Assembly: GCA_041650795.1 (NCBI GenBank)
Contig: JBAZKK010000003.1
Span: 2,386-66,385, forward strand
Direction of reading: 5' to 3'
DNA: 64,000 nt
Source of the DNA: Candidatus Omnitrophota bacterium
GTDB taxonomy: Bacteria; Omnitrophota; Gorgyraeia; Gygaellales; Profunditerraquicolaceae
The translations under genes were made by a program, and so were the position numbers. The notes beneath the pieces were generated by a model that worked only from the letters and a program-made list of their open reading frames with translations, was not told where the DNA came from and searched no databases. Below, one piece after another: positions 49,049 to 59,045 of the stretch (positions are counted from its first letter, which is position 1; every line of letters begins with the position of its first letter).

Positions 49049-49413
49049 TTCAGCTACGTACTATCCTCGATGTCGCAGACAATACCGGAGCCAAGAAGGC
49101 TTCCTGCATAGGCGTCTTAGGACGCAAAAACAGCGCTGACGTCGAAATAGGCGATATCGTAAATGTTAATGTCAAGGAATCATCTCCCGATGCCGCGGTA
49201 AAAAAAGGCGAGGTGGGAAAGGCGGTAGTGGTCAGGACAAAACAGCCTATCCGCAGGAACGACGGCTCAATATTGAGGTTTGACCGCAATGCCATTGTTT
49301 TTATCGACCAACAATCAAACCCGAAAGGGACGAGGGTCTTCGGACCGGTAGCGAGAGAATTAAGGGAAAGGAATTTCACCAAGATAATCTCTTTAGCGCC
49401 AGAGGTAATCTAA
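49045..49413 (+). CDS. rplN: 50S ribosomal protein L14
   Basis: GTG start. [47 protein letters not shown]. Confidence 0.96.
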   Translation: MIQLRTILDVADNTGAKKASCIGVLGRKNSADVEIGDIVNVNVKESSPDAAVKKGEVGKAVVVRTKQPIRRNDGSILRFDRNAIVFIDQQSNPKGTRVFGPVARELRERNFTKIISLAPEVI

Positions 49414-49727
49414 TGTTGAAGATTAAGAAAGGCGATACGGTACAGGTAATCAAAGGCAAGGACCGCGGCAAAAAAGGGAAGGTCATTGAGCTTTTCTGCG
49501 GCGAAACCCCCCGCGCCCTGGTAGAGGGGATTAATCTTGTGAAGAAACACAGACGCCGCACCCGCGAGGACCAGAAGGGCGGCATCATCTCGATAGAGTC
49601 CCCGATTTCAGTCGCTAATATTATGTACCTGTGCAAGCACTGCAACCGTCCGGTAAGACTGGGGTTTTCTATCCTGAAGGACGGGACCAAGAGCAGGACC
49701 TGCAGATCCTGTAAAGAGGCAGTATAA
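49413..49727 (+). CDS. rplX: 50S ribosomal protein L24
   Basis: KOW motif KIKKGDTVQVIKGKDRGKKGKV. Confidence 0.94.
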   Translation: MLKIKKGDTVQVIKGKDRGKKGKVIELFCGETPRALVEGINLVKKHRRRTREDQKGGIISIESPISVANIMYLCKHCNRPVRLGFSILKDGTKSRTCRSCKEAV

Positions 49728-49729
49728 CG

Positions 49730-50281
49730 ATGGCAGCCAGACTATTAGGAAAATACCGTAACGAGATTGTCCCGGAGATGTCCAAGGCCTTTAACCTTAC
49801 CAACAGGCTGGCGGTGCCTTACATCGAGAAGATCGTAGTGAATATGGGGGTCGGCGAAGCGCTTCAGGATGTCAAAATACTTGATAAGGCCGCGGAGGAG
49901 CTGGGGTTAATTGCAGGCCAAAAGCCCGTCATTAGGCGTGCTAAAAAGGCTATTTCCAATTTTAAGGTTAAGCAGGGTAATCCCGTGGGATGCAAGGTTA
50001 CGCTGCGCTCCGGACGCATGTATGAGTTTATGGATAAGCTTATCAATATTGCCTTGCCGCGCATCCGCGACTTTCGCGGAGTTCCGGCGGATTCCTTTGA
50101 CCACGCCGGAAACTATACGCTTGGCATTACGGACCAGACGATATTCCCGGAAATCGACATAGACAAAACACCACGCACTCAAGGCATGGAGATAACCTTC
50201 GTGATAAAAAAGTCTAAAAATAAGGAATATTCCAGGCAGCTCCTGAAGCTTTTCGGGATGCCATTCAAAACAGAGGATTAA
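49730..50281 (+). CDS. rplE: 50S ribosomal protein L5
   Basis: NMGVGEA, GQKPVIRRAKKAISNFKVKQGNPVGCKVTLR, LPRIRDFRG, GNYTLGI. Confidence 0.96.
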   Translation: MAARLLGKYRNEIVPEMSKAFNLTNRLAVPYIEKIVVNMGVGEALQDVKILDKAAEELGLIAGQKPVIRRAKKAISNFKVKQGNPVGCKVTLRSGRMYEFMDKLINIALPRIRDFRGVPADSFDHAGNYTLGITDQTIFPEIDIDKTPRTQGMEITFVIKKSKNKEYSRQLLKLFGMPFKTED

Positions 50282-50305
50282 AATACCAGGGAGCTTGATT
50301 CATAA

Positions 50306-50491
50306 ATGGCCAAAACATCGCAAATAAACCGCTGGAAGAGAAAACCGAAATTTTCCACCCGTAAATACAACCGCTGCTCCATCTGCGGCAGGTCGGGCGG
50401 ATACCTGCGTAGATTCAAGCTTTGTCGTATCTGTTTCAGGGAACTTAGCTGGAAAGGGCTTATCCCGGGGATAAAAAAAGCCAGCTGGTAG
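50306..50491 (+). CDS. rpsN: 30S ribosomal protein S14, short Zn-ribbon (type Z) form
   Basis: 61 aa. [23 protein letters not shown]. Confidence 0.95.
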   Translation: MAKTSQINRWKRKPKFSTRKYNRCSICGRSGGYLRRFKLCRICFRELSWKGLIPGIKKASW

Positions 50492-50515
50492 CGGCATAAC
50501 GGAGAAGATGATAAC

Positions 50516-50911
50516 ATGTCAAGGACAGATTTAATCTCAGACGCATTTACAGCCATACGCAACGCGATCCTCATAAACAAGGAGAACGTGGACGTGCCGG
50601 CTTCCAAAATCCTTAAGGCTATGCTGGAGATACTTAAGCGCCATGAATATATTGATAATTTCAAATTCATCGAGGATAAAAAACAGGGGGTCTTGAGGGT
50701 TTACCTGAAGTACCTGGCAGGCAAATCTGCCATCCGTAACCTAAAGCGCATCTCGCGCCCTTCGCTGCGCTTTTACGTTAAGAGCAAAAAGGTGCCGGTA
50801 GTTTTAAGGGGCAGGGGATTGGCGTTTATCTCGACATCCAAAGGCATACTAACCGATAATGAAGCCAGGGAACAAGGGGTAGGAGGCGAAATAATCGCCT
50901 ACGTTTGGTAA
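50516..50911 (+). CDS. rpsH: 30S ribosomal protein S8
   Basis: DLISDAFTAIRNA, ISRPSLRFYV, STSKGILTDNEAREQGVGGEIIAYVW. Confidence 0.96.
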   Translation: MSRTDLISDAFTAIRNAILINKENVDVPASKILKAMLEILKRHEYIDNFKFIEDKKQGVLRVYLKYLAGKSAIRNLKRISRPSLRFYVKSKKVPVVLRGRGLAFISTSKGILTDNEAREQGVGGEIIAYVW

Positions 50912-50920
50912 GGTATAAAT

Positions 50921-51475
50921 ATGTCAAGAATAGGCAAGAAACCCGTAGCAATACCTCAGGGCATTAAGGTTGAAGCAAAAGACGGGGCAGTTATGATAGA
51001 AGGCCCTAAGGGTAAAATCAGCCGCGCGATACCCGACCGCATCAAGCTGGAAATCAAGGATAACCAGGTTTGGGTTAGCCGCGTAGCTGATACCAAGATG
51101 GATAAGTCCCTGCACGGGCTCTGGCGGGTTTTAATATCAAATATGATCAAGGGGGCGGCAGAAGGTTATGCCAAGGAACTTGAGATTATCGGGGTAGGGT
51201 ATAAGGCCCAGGTCCAGGGCGATAAACTTACCATACAGTTGGGGTATTCCCATCCGGTAATATTCAACGCTCCGGAAGGGATAAGGTTCGAGTCTCCCAA
51301 ACCGACCCAACTGGTGGTCCGCGGCATTGACAAGGAAAAGGTTGGGGAGATGGCTGCCCGGATACGCGGCAGTTGTCCGCCGGAACCGTACAAAGGCAAA
51401 GGTATCCGCTATGCAGGCGAGCACGTTAAGAAGAAGGTTGGTAAGGCCCAGGCCAGCGGAAGCGGGGCAAAATAA
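50921..51475 (+). CDS. rplF: 50S ribosomal protein L6
   Basis: MSRIGKKPVAIPQGIKV, GYSHPV, PEPYKGKGIRY. Confidence 0.96.
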   Translation: MSRIGKKPVAIPQGIKVEAKDGAVMIEGPKGKISRAIPDRIKLEIKDNQVWVSRVADTKMDKSLHGLWRVLISNMIKGAAEGYAKELEIIGVGYKAQVQGDKLTIQLGYSHPVIFNAPEGIRFESPKPTQLVVRGIDKEKVGEMAARIRGSCPPEPYKGKGIRYAGEHVKKKVGKAQASGSGAK

Positions 51476-51479
51476 TACC

Positions 51480-51842
51480 ATGAAAGCAAAAACAGAGCTA
51501 CTGAGATTAAAAAGGCATAAAAGAATACGGGTGCGCCTTCACGGCAGCAGCGATAGACCGCGGATGGTAGTGCGGCGCAGCCTGAAGAATATCTATGCCC
51601 AGCTGGTGGATGACGCAGCGGCAAAAACAATCGTTTCTTCTTCTACCATGGATAAGGAAACAAAGCAGGCATCTTCTTATGGCGGCAACGTTAAGGCTGC
51701 GCAGTTATTGGGGGAGATCTTTGGCCGCCGGATAAAAGACAAAGGAATCAACCGCATCGTTTTTGACCGCGCCGGGTATCTTTATCACGGCAGGGTCAAG
51801 GCGTTTGCGGAAGGATTAAGAAAGGCAGGACTGGAGTTTTAA
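51480..51842 (+). CDS. rplR: 50S ribosomal protein L18
   Basis: [60 protein letters not shown]. Start was moved from the ORF-track 51327 (inside rplF) to ATG 51480. Confidence 0.94.
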   Translation: MKAKTELLRLKRHKRIRVRLHGSSDRPRMVVRRSLKNIYAQLVDDAAAKTIVSSSTMDKETKQASSYGGNVKAAQLLGEIFGRRIKDKGINRIVFDRAGYLYHGRVKAFAEGLRKAGLEF

Positions 51843-51844
51843 TT

Positions 51845-52366
51845 ATGCGCGAAGCGACCTTAGAGCAACAGCCGGAATTTTCGGAAAAGGTTATCATGAT
51901 CAACCGTGTCTCCAAGGTTACCAAAGGAGGCAAAAAGCTTTCTTTTGCGGCACTGGTAGTTGTCGGAGACGGCAGGGGGAGCGTGGGGTTCGCCATGGGC
52001 AAGGCCAACGAAGTAGCTTACGCCATACGCAAGGCATTAACCCGCGCCAAAAGACAGCTGGTAAAAATCCCGCTGGAAGGCTCTACTATACCTCACGAAT
52101 CATTGGGCCTTTTCGGAGCGGCCAAGGTGCTTCTTAAGCCCGCCTCGGAGGGAACCGGGGTTATCGCTGCTGCCCCGGTCAGGGCAATATGCGAAGCGGC
52201 AGGCATCAAGGATATCCTGACCAAGTGCTTAAAATCAAATAACCCGGTAAATGTCATCAAGGCCACTATGGCGGCATTACAGGATTTGAAAGCGGTTAAA
52301 AAAGATGGAAGAGAAAACGAAAGCGGCAAAGATAACCAGGCCGGCGGCACCCAAGACCAGGAATAA
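51845..52366 (+). CDS. rpsE: 30S ribosomal protein S5
   Basis: [51 protein letters not shown]. The C-terminal tail is atypical. Confidence 0.93.
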   Translation: MREATLEQQPEFSEKVIMINRVSKVTKGGKKLSFAALVVVGDGRGSVGFAMGKANEVAYAIRKALTRAKRQLVKIPLEGSTIPHESLGLFGAAKVLLKPASEGTGVIAAAPVRAICEAAGIKDILTKCLKSNNPVNVIKATMAALQDLKAVKKDGRENESGKDNQAGGTQDQE

Positions 52367-52892
52367 GGCGCTTCCCCGGGGAAAACCTGCCAAGGCGGCC
52401 CACCTTGCTAAAAAACACAGGGAGGCTGTGACCGGCCAGGAAAGTATCGTCGGGCTGCATAAGCTTTCCGTGCCCGAAGGAGCGCATAAAGCCAAGAGGA
52501 TACTCGGCCGCGGCTCAAGTTCCGGACACGGGAAAACTTCTACGCGAGGCAGCAAAGGACAGACCTCGCGCAGCGGAAGGGATTTTTATCCCGGTTTTGA
52601 GGGAGGGCAAACGCCGATAATCCGCCGGATACCTAAACGCGGATTCACAAATAAATTCCGCAGGGAATACCAGATTATTAATTTAGAGGAGCTTAACCGG
52701 ATAAAGGAAACCACGGTTACCGTCGAGATTCTCAAGGGTAAGGGCCTTATCAAAAAAGCCGGTATCCCCGTAAAGATACTGGGCGACGGCGAGGTTAAAA
52801 ACGCCCTGACCGTGCAGGTTCACGCCGTATCCAAGCAGGCAGCGGACAAGATTGCGAAGGCCGGCGGCAAGGTAGAATTGGTTGATGCTTAA
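52305..52892 (+). CDS. rplO: 50S ribosomal protein L15 (start uncertain: ATG 52305 gives a ~50-aa K/A/P-rich N-extension overlapping rpsE; GTG 52428 gives a normal-size protein)
   Basis: Core [41 protein letters not shown] matches the L15 N-terminus. No rpmD lies between rpsE and rplO. Confidence 0.85.
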   Translation: MEEKTKAAKITRPAAPKTRNKALPRGKPAKAAHLAKKHREAVTGQESIVGLHKLSVPEGAHKAKRILGRGSSSGHGKTSTRGSKGQTSRSGRDFYPGFEGGQTPIIRRIPKRGFTNKFRREYQIINLEELNRIKETTVTVEILKGKGLIKKAGIPVKILGDGEVKNALTVQVHAVSKQAADKIAKAGGKVELVDA

Positions 52893-54231
52893 CGCGCTAG
52901 TTAATTCCTTTAAGATACCGGACCTTAAGAAAAAGCTCTTTATTACCCTCGGCCTCTTGACGATATACCGCATGGGTTGTTATGTCCCGACACCCGGCAT
53001 TGACGGGTCGGCGCTGGCGGAATTCTTTACCCGCATGGCCAGGACGCAGGGGGGCACGCTCTTTGGCATCATCAATATGTTTTCCGGCGGAGCCATGGAG
53101 AGATTAACCATCTTTGCGCTCGGCATTATGCCGTATATATCCTCTTCGATTATACTGCAGCTTTTGACCGCGGTAATACCGTCCTTAGAGAAACTTGCCA
53201 AGGAAGGGAGGGCGGGGGTGGAGAAGATAAACCAATACACCCGTTACGGGACGGTTGGATTGGCGCTCATACAATCATTCTTTATCGCGCTATGGCTGGA
53301 AAGTCCTAGCCGCTTTGAGGGCTTGAGGATTGTATTATATCCGGGATGGGGATTCCGGATCCTGACGGTATTGACCCTTACCACCGGCACGATATTCATA
53401 ATGTGGCTGGGGGAACAAATCCAGGAGCGCGGTATCGGCAACGGCATATCGCTGGTTATTACCGCCGGCATTATTTCAAGAATACCGGCTGCTTTCCATC
53501 AGCTTTATGTATTGATATCGCCGTTTACCCCTGCGAACCGCCAGATCCAGCCGATAACGCTCGTGATTATGGCAGTTCTCCTGGTAGGGGTAATATTCGC
53601 GGTGGTCCTGATAACCCAGGGGCAACGCAAGATTCCGGTGCAGTACGCCAGGCGGGTGGTGGGCAGAAAGATATTCGGAGGCCAGAGCACCTACATACCT
53701 CTGAAGGTTGATACCTCCGGCGTCATTGCCATTATATTTGCGCAGTCGCTGATCCTATTTCCCGCGACGATGGCCTCATTCATACCTAACCCCGCATTTC
53801 AACGAATGGCGCAGGGCCTGGTCAGGGGGCATCTGCTTTACACGGTAATCTACGCTCTTTTGATAATATTTTTCTGTTATTTTTATACCGCAATCGTATT
53901 CAACCCGGTTGACCTTTCGGAGAATATGAAGAAATACGGCGGGTTTATCCCGGGGATCCGTCCGGGCAGTTCCACTGCCGAATTCCTGGATTACGTCATG
54001 GTAAGAATTACCCTGGCGGGAGCCGTATTTATAGCCTTTATAGCGATATTCCCGGATTTCTTGATGGCCTGGCTTAAGGTTCCGTATCTGGTAGCTTCCT
54101 TCTTCGGAGGAACCGGTATATTGATTATTGTAGGCGTAATGCTTGATACCATTAAGCAGATTGAGTCGCATCTGGTGATGCATCACTATGAAGGTTTCTT
54201 AAAAGCAGGGCGTATCAGGGGCAGAAGATAA
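52882..54231 (+). CDS. secY: preprotein translocase subunit SecY
   Basis: IPDLKKKLFITLGLL, ALGIMPYISSSIILQLL, 10-TM pattern, GTGILIIVGV. Confidence 0.97.
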   Translation: MMLNALVNSFKIPDLKKKLFITLGLLTIYRMGCYVPTPGIDGSALAEFFTRMARTQGGTLFGIINMFSGGAMERLTIFALGIMPYISSSIILQLLTAVIPSLEKLAKEGRAGVEKINQYTRYGTVGLALIQSFFIALWLESPSRFEGLRIVLYPGWGFRILTVLTLTTGTIFIMWLGEQIQERGIGNGISLVITAGIISRIPAAFHQLYVLISPFTPANRQIQPITLVIMAVLLVGVIFAVVLITQGQRKIPVQYARRVVGRKIFGGQSTYIPLKVDTSGVIAIIFAQSLILFPATMASFIPNPAFQRMAQGLVRGHLLYTVIYALLIIFFCYFYTAIVFNPVDLSENMKKYGGFIPGIRPGSSTAEFLDYVMVRITLAGAVFIAFIAIFPDFLMAWLKVPYLVASFFGGTGILIIVGVMLDTIKQIESHLVMHHYEGFLKAGRIRGRR

Positions 54232-54896
54232 TGAACATAATCTTACTGGGGCCTCCCGGAGCAGGCAAGGGGACGCAGGCAAAGGTCCTGGCGGCAAAAA
54301 TCAACCTTCCTCACATAGCTACCGGTGATATCCTGCGGCAGAACGTGGCAGAAGGCACTGAATTAGGACGCAAGGCCCAAGGCTTCATGAATAAGGGCGA
54401 ATTGGTTCCGGATACCCTGGTAACACAGATGGTCTTGGAGAGGATTGGCGCAGAAGATACCCAGGTAGGTTTTATACTGGACGGTTATCCCCGTAACCTC
54501 ACTCAAGCCGAATCCTTAAACGCTGACCTGAAGAGAAAAAGCCGTTCCATAGACATTGTTTTTTATCTGGATGCCAGCGAAGAGGTTATAATCCAAAGGC
54601 TTTCCGGAAGGCTGGTTTGCACTAAATGCGGAAGTAATTTTCACGTCAAGAATATGCCGCCCAAGATTGCCATGATTTGCGATAAATGCGGTAGCCCTCT
54701 TTATCACCGCAGCGACGATAATGAGGGCACCATCAGGAACCGCCTGGAGGTCTACCGTAAGGAATCGCACCCGCTCATTGAGTATTACAGAAGCAAAAAG
54801 GCGCTTGAGAGCATCGCAGCAGACAATGATCCGGTGATAGTGCTGGATGAAATGGTGCGCCTGATCAACGACAAGCGTGATTCCATTAAAGTCTGA
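54231..54896 (+). CDS. adk: adenylate kinase (Zn-lid type)
   Basis: P-loop LLGPPGAGKGTQ, GFILDGYPR, lid CTKCGSNFH...CDKCGSPL. Confidence 0.96.
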   Translation: MNIILLGPPGAGKGTQAKVLAAKINLPHIATGDILRQNVAEGTELGRKAQGFMNKGELVPDTLVTQMVLERIGAEDTQVGFILDGYPRNLTQAESLNADLKRKSRSIDIVFYLDASEEVIIQRLSGRLVCTKCGSNFHVKNMPPKIAMICDKCGSPLYHRSDDNEGTIRNRLEVYRKESHPLIEYYRSKKALESIAADNDPVIVLDEMVRLINDKRDSIKV

Positions 54897-55629
54897 AGAG
54901 GACCTGCGGATATTAAGCGAGGCCGGCAGGATTCTGGCAGGAGTAATACAGCGGCTCGAAGGTTGCGTAAGACCCGGCGTTTCGACCGCAGAGGTTTCTT
55001 CATTGGCAGAAGAGCTCATCTGCCAGGCAAATTGCAGGCCGGCATTCAAAGGTTACCGGGGGTATCCGGCAGCAGCCTGCGTTTCTCTTAACGAAGAGGT
55101 GGTTCACGGGATACCCGGCCCGAGGATAATTACCGACGGAGATATTGTCAGCATTGATGTCGGCATTGAATACGAAGGGTATTTTGTGGACAGTGCGGTG
55201 ACGCTCCCGGTGGGAAAAGTTGAGTCCCGCACGAGGAAGCTCATTGAAGTGACCCGCAAGGCATTATCGGAAGGAATACGGCAGGCGCGGGTAAATAACC
55301 GTCTTTTTGACATCTCTTATGCAGTCCAGCGCTGCGTGGAAAAAAACGGTTTCTCGGTAGTGCGGGATTTTGTAGGCCACGGGATAGGCAGAGAGCTGCA
55401 CGAAGAGCCGGAGATACCGAATTTCGGTCAGCCCCGCCGCGGGATCCCTTTAAAAAAGGGGATGGTCCTGGCGATTGAGCCGATGGTAAATATGGGGGGT
55501 TGGGAGACCAGGGTGCTGGATAACGGCTGGACGGCGGTAACTAAAGACGGCACGCCTTCAGCGCATTTCGAGCATACCATAGCGATAACGGACGAAGGGC
55601 CAAAAATATTGACGCATTTAAATGGCTAA
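54877..55629 (+). CDS. map: type I methionine aminopeptidase
   Basis: GTG start. [47 protein letters not shown]. Confidence 0.95.
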   Translation: MIPLKSEEDLRILSEAGRILAGVIQRLEGCVRPGVSTAEVSSLAEELICQANCRPAFKGYRGYPAAACVSLNEEVVHGIPGPRIITDGDIVSIDVGIEYEGYFVDSAVTLPVGKVESRTRKLIEVTRKALSEGIRQARVNNRLFDISYAVQRCVEKNGFSVVRDFVGHGIGRELHEEPEIPNFGQPRRGIPLKKGMVLAIEPMVNMGGWETRVLDNGWTAVTKDGTPSAHFEHTIAITDEGPKILTHLNG

Positions 55630-55840
55630 AGAAGATTTAATCGAAACCGAAGGCACGATTATAGAAGCCCTCCCCAATGCGATGTTCAGGGTGCAGCTGG
55701 AAAATCAACATATCGTGTTAGCGCATGTCTCGGGAAAAATGCGCATGAATTTTATCAGGATATTGCCGGGAGATAAGGTGAAGCTGGAGCTGTCCCCTTA
55801 TGACCTAAGCCGAGGCAGGATAACATTCAGGTTAAAATAG
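55622..55840 (+). CDS. infA: translation initiation factor IF-1
   Basis: [53 protein letters not shown]. Confidence 0.97.
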   Translation: MAKEDLIETEGTIIEALPNAMFRVQLENQHIVLAHVSGKMRMNFIRILPGDKVKLELSPYDLSRGRITFRLK

Positions 55841-55841
55841 G

Positions 55842-55955
55842 ATGAAGGTAAAGGCATCAATCAGAAAAATTTGCGACAGATGCAAGATTATCCGCCGCAA
55901 AGGAGTGGTGCGCGTCATCTGCACCAACCCTAAGCATAAGCAACGGCAGGGATAA
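55842..55955 (+). CDS. rpmJ: 50S ribosomal protein L36
   Basis: Hand-translated, since it is below the ORF-track size cutoff: [37 protein letters not shown]. Confidence 0.93.
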   Translation: MKVKASIRKICDRCKIIRRKGVVRVICTNPKHKQRQG

Positions 55956-55983
55956 CCTTTGCTAAAAAAGGAGTTTTAGACTT

Positions 55984-56403
55984 ATGCCAAGACTATTAGG
56001 TGTAGACATCCCTAAAGAGAAGAGGATGGAGATAGCGCTTACCTATCTTTACGGCGTCGGCAAGGCTGTGTCCAATCAGATCCTTAAGGAGGCGGGCATC
56101 AGCCCGGACATGCGGGCCAAGGACTTAAACGAATCCCAGGTTGCGCAGATCGTCAATGTCATCCAGAAAGGCACTTATAAGGTAGAGGGTGATTTGCGCC
56201 GGGAGATATCCCAGAATATTAAAAGATTGAGCGATATCGGTTCCTGGAGAGGTTACCGTCATAAGAAGGGGCTTCCAGTAAGAGGCCAGCGCACCCGTAC
56301 CAATGCACGCACCCGCAAGGGGCCAAAGCGCAGCGGAACCGTCATGGTCAAAAAGGCCGAGGATAAAAAACCTGCGGCGCCAGTAAAAGGAGGTAAGGCC
56401 TAA
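55984..56403 (+). CDS. rpsM: 30S ribosomal protein S13
   Basis: [51 protein letters not shown]. Confidence 0.97.
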   Translation: MPRLLGVDIPKEKRMEIALTYLYGVGKAVSNQILKEAGISPDMRAKDLNESQVAQIVNVIQKGTYKVEGDLRREISQNIKRLSDIGSWRGYRHKKGLPVRGQRTRTNARTRKGPKRSGTVMVKKAEDKKPAAPVKGGKA

Positions 56404-56792
56404 TGGCTACCAAGGATAAGGCGAAGAAAAAGAAGATTGCCAAGGGCATCAGTTCCGGCATAGCGCATATACGGGCAACCTTTAACAATACGATTATCAC
56501 TATTACCGATAAGCAGGGCAACGTCCTGGTTTGGTCTGCTCCGGGCGTCGTCGGTTACGGCGGTTCAAAAAAATCCACGCCTTTCGCAGCACAGGTCGCG
56601 GCATCGGACGCCGCCAAGAAAGCCAGGGAGATCGGGATAAAAGAACTCGAGGTTTGCGTCAAAGGTCCGGGGTTCGGCAGGGAATCCGCAATCCGCGCGC
56701 TCCAGGCAGCAGGGATTACCGTTACCTCCATAAAGGACGTAACCCCCATACCGCATAATGGCTGCCGTGCCAAAAAGAAAAGGAGAGTGTAA
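56403..56792 (+). CDS. rpsK: 30S ribosomal protein S11
   Basis: [55 protein letters not shown]. Confidence 0.97.
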   Translation: MATKDKAKKKKIAKGISSGIAHIRATFNNTIITITDKQGNVLVWSAPGVVGYGGSKKSTPFAAQVAASDAAKKAREIGIKELEVCVKGPGFGRESAIRALQAAGITVTSIKDVTPIPHNGCRAKKKRRV

Positions 56793-56795
56793 TAG

Positions 56796-57422
56796 ATGGC
56801 TCGTTATACCAAGGCAGTTTGCAGGTTATGCCGGAGGGAAGGCGAAAAATTATTTCTTAAAGGGAATAAATGCAATACCCCCAAATGCATCTTTGCCAAG
56901 AGGAGCACCGCTCCCGGGCAACATGGTTTAAGCAGGGTAAAGCTGTCCAACTACGGCCTGCAGCTGAGAGAAAAACAGAAGGTCAAAAGGATATACGGAG
57001 TACTGGAAAAACAGTTCCGCAGGTATTTTAAGATTTCCTCTAAATCCAAGGGTGTCACCGGAAAGGTGCTGCTGCAGATACTTGAGCGCAGGATTGACAA
57101 CGCTGTGTTCCGGCTGGGATTGGGGGTCTCGCGTCCTCAGAGCCGGCAGCTGGTACGGCATAATTTTATTTATGTTAATTCGCGGCGGGTGAACATACCG
57201 TCATACCTGGTGAGCAAGGATGACGTCATTGAAGTCCGGGCAAAAGACAAGGCGCTTGAGCGCGTAAGGGAAAACCTGGAACTCGTCAAAGACAGAAACC
57301 CGGTATCCTGGATGGAATTCAATGCCCAGGACTTGAAGGCTAAGGTCCTGAGGCTTCCGGAGAAGAACGATATACCGGCCGATATCCAGGAGCAGCTTAT
57401 CGTAGAGTTATACTCCAAGTAA
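56796..57422 (+). CDS. rpsD: 30S ribosomal protein S4
   Basis: MARYTKAVCRLCRREGEKLFLKG, LERRIDNAVFRLG, S4 domain. Confidence 0.96.
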   Translation: MARYTKAVCRLCRREGEKLFLKGNKCNTPKCIFAKRSTAPGQHGLSRVKLSNYGLQLREKQKVKRIYGVLEKQFRRYFKISSKSKGVTGKVLLQILERRIDNAVFRLGLGVSRPQSRQLVRHNFIYVNSRRVNIPSYLVSKDDVIEVRAKDKALERVRENLELVKDRNPVSWMEFNAQDLKAKVLRLPEKNDIPADIQEQLIVELYSK

Positions 57423-57458
57423 AAATAAAAATACCAGCAATAAAAAGGAGCCATAAAG

Positions 57459-58448
57459 ATGGGGATAAAATGGAGAGATTTTCAGTTACCAAAAAGACTG
57501 GAGTGCGATGAATCAAGCTATACCGCCACATACGGAAAATTTATCGCAGCTCCTTTCGAGAAAGGATACGGCATCACCCTGGCGAACTCGTTAAGGCGCG
57601 TACTACTTTCTTCGATCGAAGGGAGTGCGGTGGCCTCGATTAAAATTGCCGGGGTCAACCATGAATTTTCCACCATCCCCGGGGTATACGAGGACGTAAC
57701 GGAAATAATACTTAACACCAAAAGCCTGATAATAAATTCCCACTCCAAAATCCCCAAGACTATCTATATCAAAAAGAGCGATAAGGGAGAGGTCAGGGCT
57801 AAGGATATAGAGGCTGACGAAACCATCGAGATCATCAACCCCGAACTGCACATTGCGACACTCACCAAAGACGCCAAATTTAACGTTGAGATGGAGGTAG
57901 CGCGCGGCAGGGGGTACGTTCCGGCAGAGCTTAATAAGCGCGAAGACCAGCCCATTGGCACCATCCCGATAGACGCAGTTTTCAGCCCCGTAAAAAGAGT
58001 AAATTTTCACGTCGAGAATACCCGCGTGGGCCAGAAAACCGATTATGATAAATTAATAATAGAGATTTTTACCAACGGGGCCATCAGCCCCAAGGATGCT
58101 CTTCTGTATGCATCCAATATCCTGCAGCGCCACCTCGATATCTTTGTCAACTTCGGGCAGCTTCCGGAGGACGAAATGGAAGAGGAAGTTGAGATGACCA
58201 AGGAGGAGGCCGAGCTTTACGAAAAGCTGAAACTCCCGATTTCAGAGCTGGAGCTATCTGTGCGCAGTTCCAACTGCCTGCGCGAGGCCGGCATCAAGGC
58301 TATCGCAGACCTGGTCAAAAAGAGCGAAGAGGAAATGCTGGGATTTAAGAATTTCGGAAAGAAATCCCTGACCGAAATTAAACAACTGCTGGCGGGAATG
58401 AATCTTGCCCTCGGGATGCAGATAGATTCCAAAAAACTGAAGAGGTAG
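57459..58448 (+). CDS. rpoA: DNA-directed RNA polymerase subunit alpha
   Basis: GYGITLANSLRRVLLSSIEG, NTD fold motifs, CTD ELELSVRSSNCLREAGIKAIADLV. Confidence 0.97.
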   Translation: MGIKWRDFQLPKRLECDESSYTATYGKFIAAPFEKGYGITLANSLRRVLLSSIEGSAVASIKIAGVNHEFSTIPGVYEDVTEIILNTKSLIINSHSKIPKTIYIKKSDKGEVRAKDIEADETIEIINPELHIATLTKDAKFNVEMEVARGRGYVPAELNKREDQPIGTIPIDAVFSPVKRVNFHVENTRVGQKTDYDKLIIEIFTNGAISPKDALLYASNILQRHLDIFVNFGQLPEDEMEEEVEMTKEEAELYEKLKLPISELELSVRSSNCLREAGIKAIADLVKKSEEEMLGFKNFGKKSLTEIKQLLAGMNLALGMQIDSKKLKR

Positions 58449-58456
58449 AGACAGCA

Positions 58457-59035
58457 ATGAGACACGCTAAAATAAAATACCAACTTAACCGTTTCACCAG
58501 CTGGAGAAAGGCCACTGTCTTAAGCCTGGTGCGCAACCTGTTTATCTCGCAGAGCATCAGGACAACCGAGGCGCGCGCCAAGGCCGCCCGGCCGATAGCG
58601 GAAAAACTCATTTCCCTGGCTAAGAAAAATACCCTTGCGGCCAAAAGAGAGGCCTACGCGTTACTCTCAGACCATGCCTTAGTCAGCAAGCTTTTCGGAG
58701 AGATAGGGCAGCGTTTTTCGCAGCGCAGCGGAGGTTACACCAGGATAGTAAATTTTTCCCAAAGGAGAGGGGATGATGCGCGGATGGTCATATTCGAACT
58801 GACCGAAATCAAAAAAGAACCGCGTAAGACAAAAAAGGCAAAAGAGGCTGCCGTAAAAGAAGAGGCTCATGGCCCAAAGGCAGAAGGCGCACCGCAGGAG
58901 AAACAGGCGCAAGAAAAAGAAGCCACCGAACCCCGGACAGCCGTAAAGGAAAGGCCGCCCATTACCCAGAAGCCTCGCAAGAAATTTCTGGGGGGCCTTA
59001 AGGGTATCTTTAAGAAAGAGAGAGATTCTTTATAA
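58457..59035 (+). CDS. rplQ: 50S ribosomal protein L17 with ~75-aa K/E/A/P-rich C-terminal extension
   Basis: MRHAKIKYQLNR, SGGYTRIV core ends near aa 117. The tail is KKEPRKTKKAKEAAVKEE...FLGGLKGIFKKERDSL. Confidence 0.94.
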   Translation: MRHAKIKYQLNRFTSWRKATVLSLVRNLFISQSIRTTEARAKAARPIAEKLISLAKKNTLAAKREAYALLSDHALVSKLFGEIGQRFSQRSGGYTRIVNFSQRRGDDARMVIFELTEIKKEPRKTKKAKEAAVKEEAHGPKAEGAPQEKQAQEKEATEPRTAVKERPPITQKPRKKFLGGLKGIFKKERDSL

Positions 59036-59045
59036 GGCTATCTAA

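Noticed and set aside
52367-52427. Remnant or hidden rpmD (L30) in the rpsE-rplO junction.
   Set aside because: The 61-nt interval is far too short for the ~60-aa L30. The K/A/P-rich peptide encoded in the L15 frame bears no resemblance to L30 sequences I can recall.
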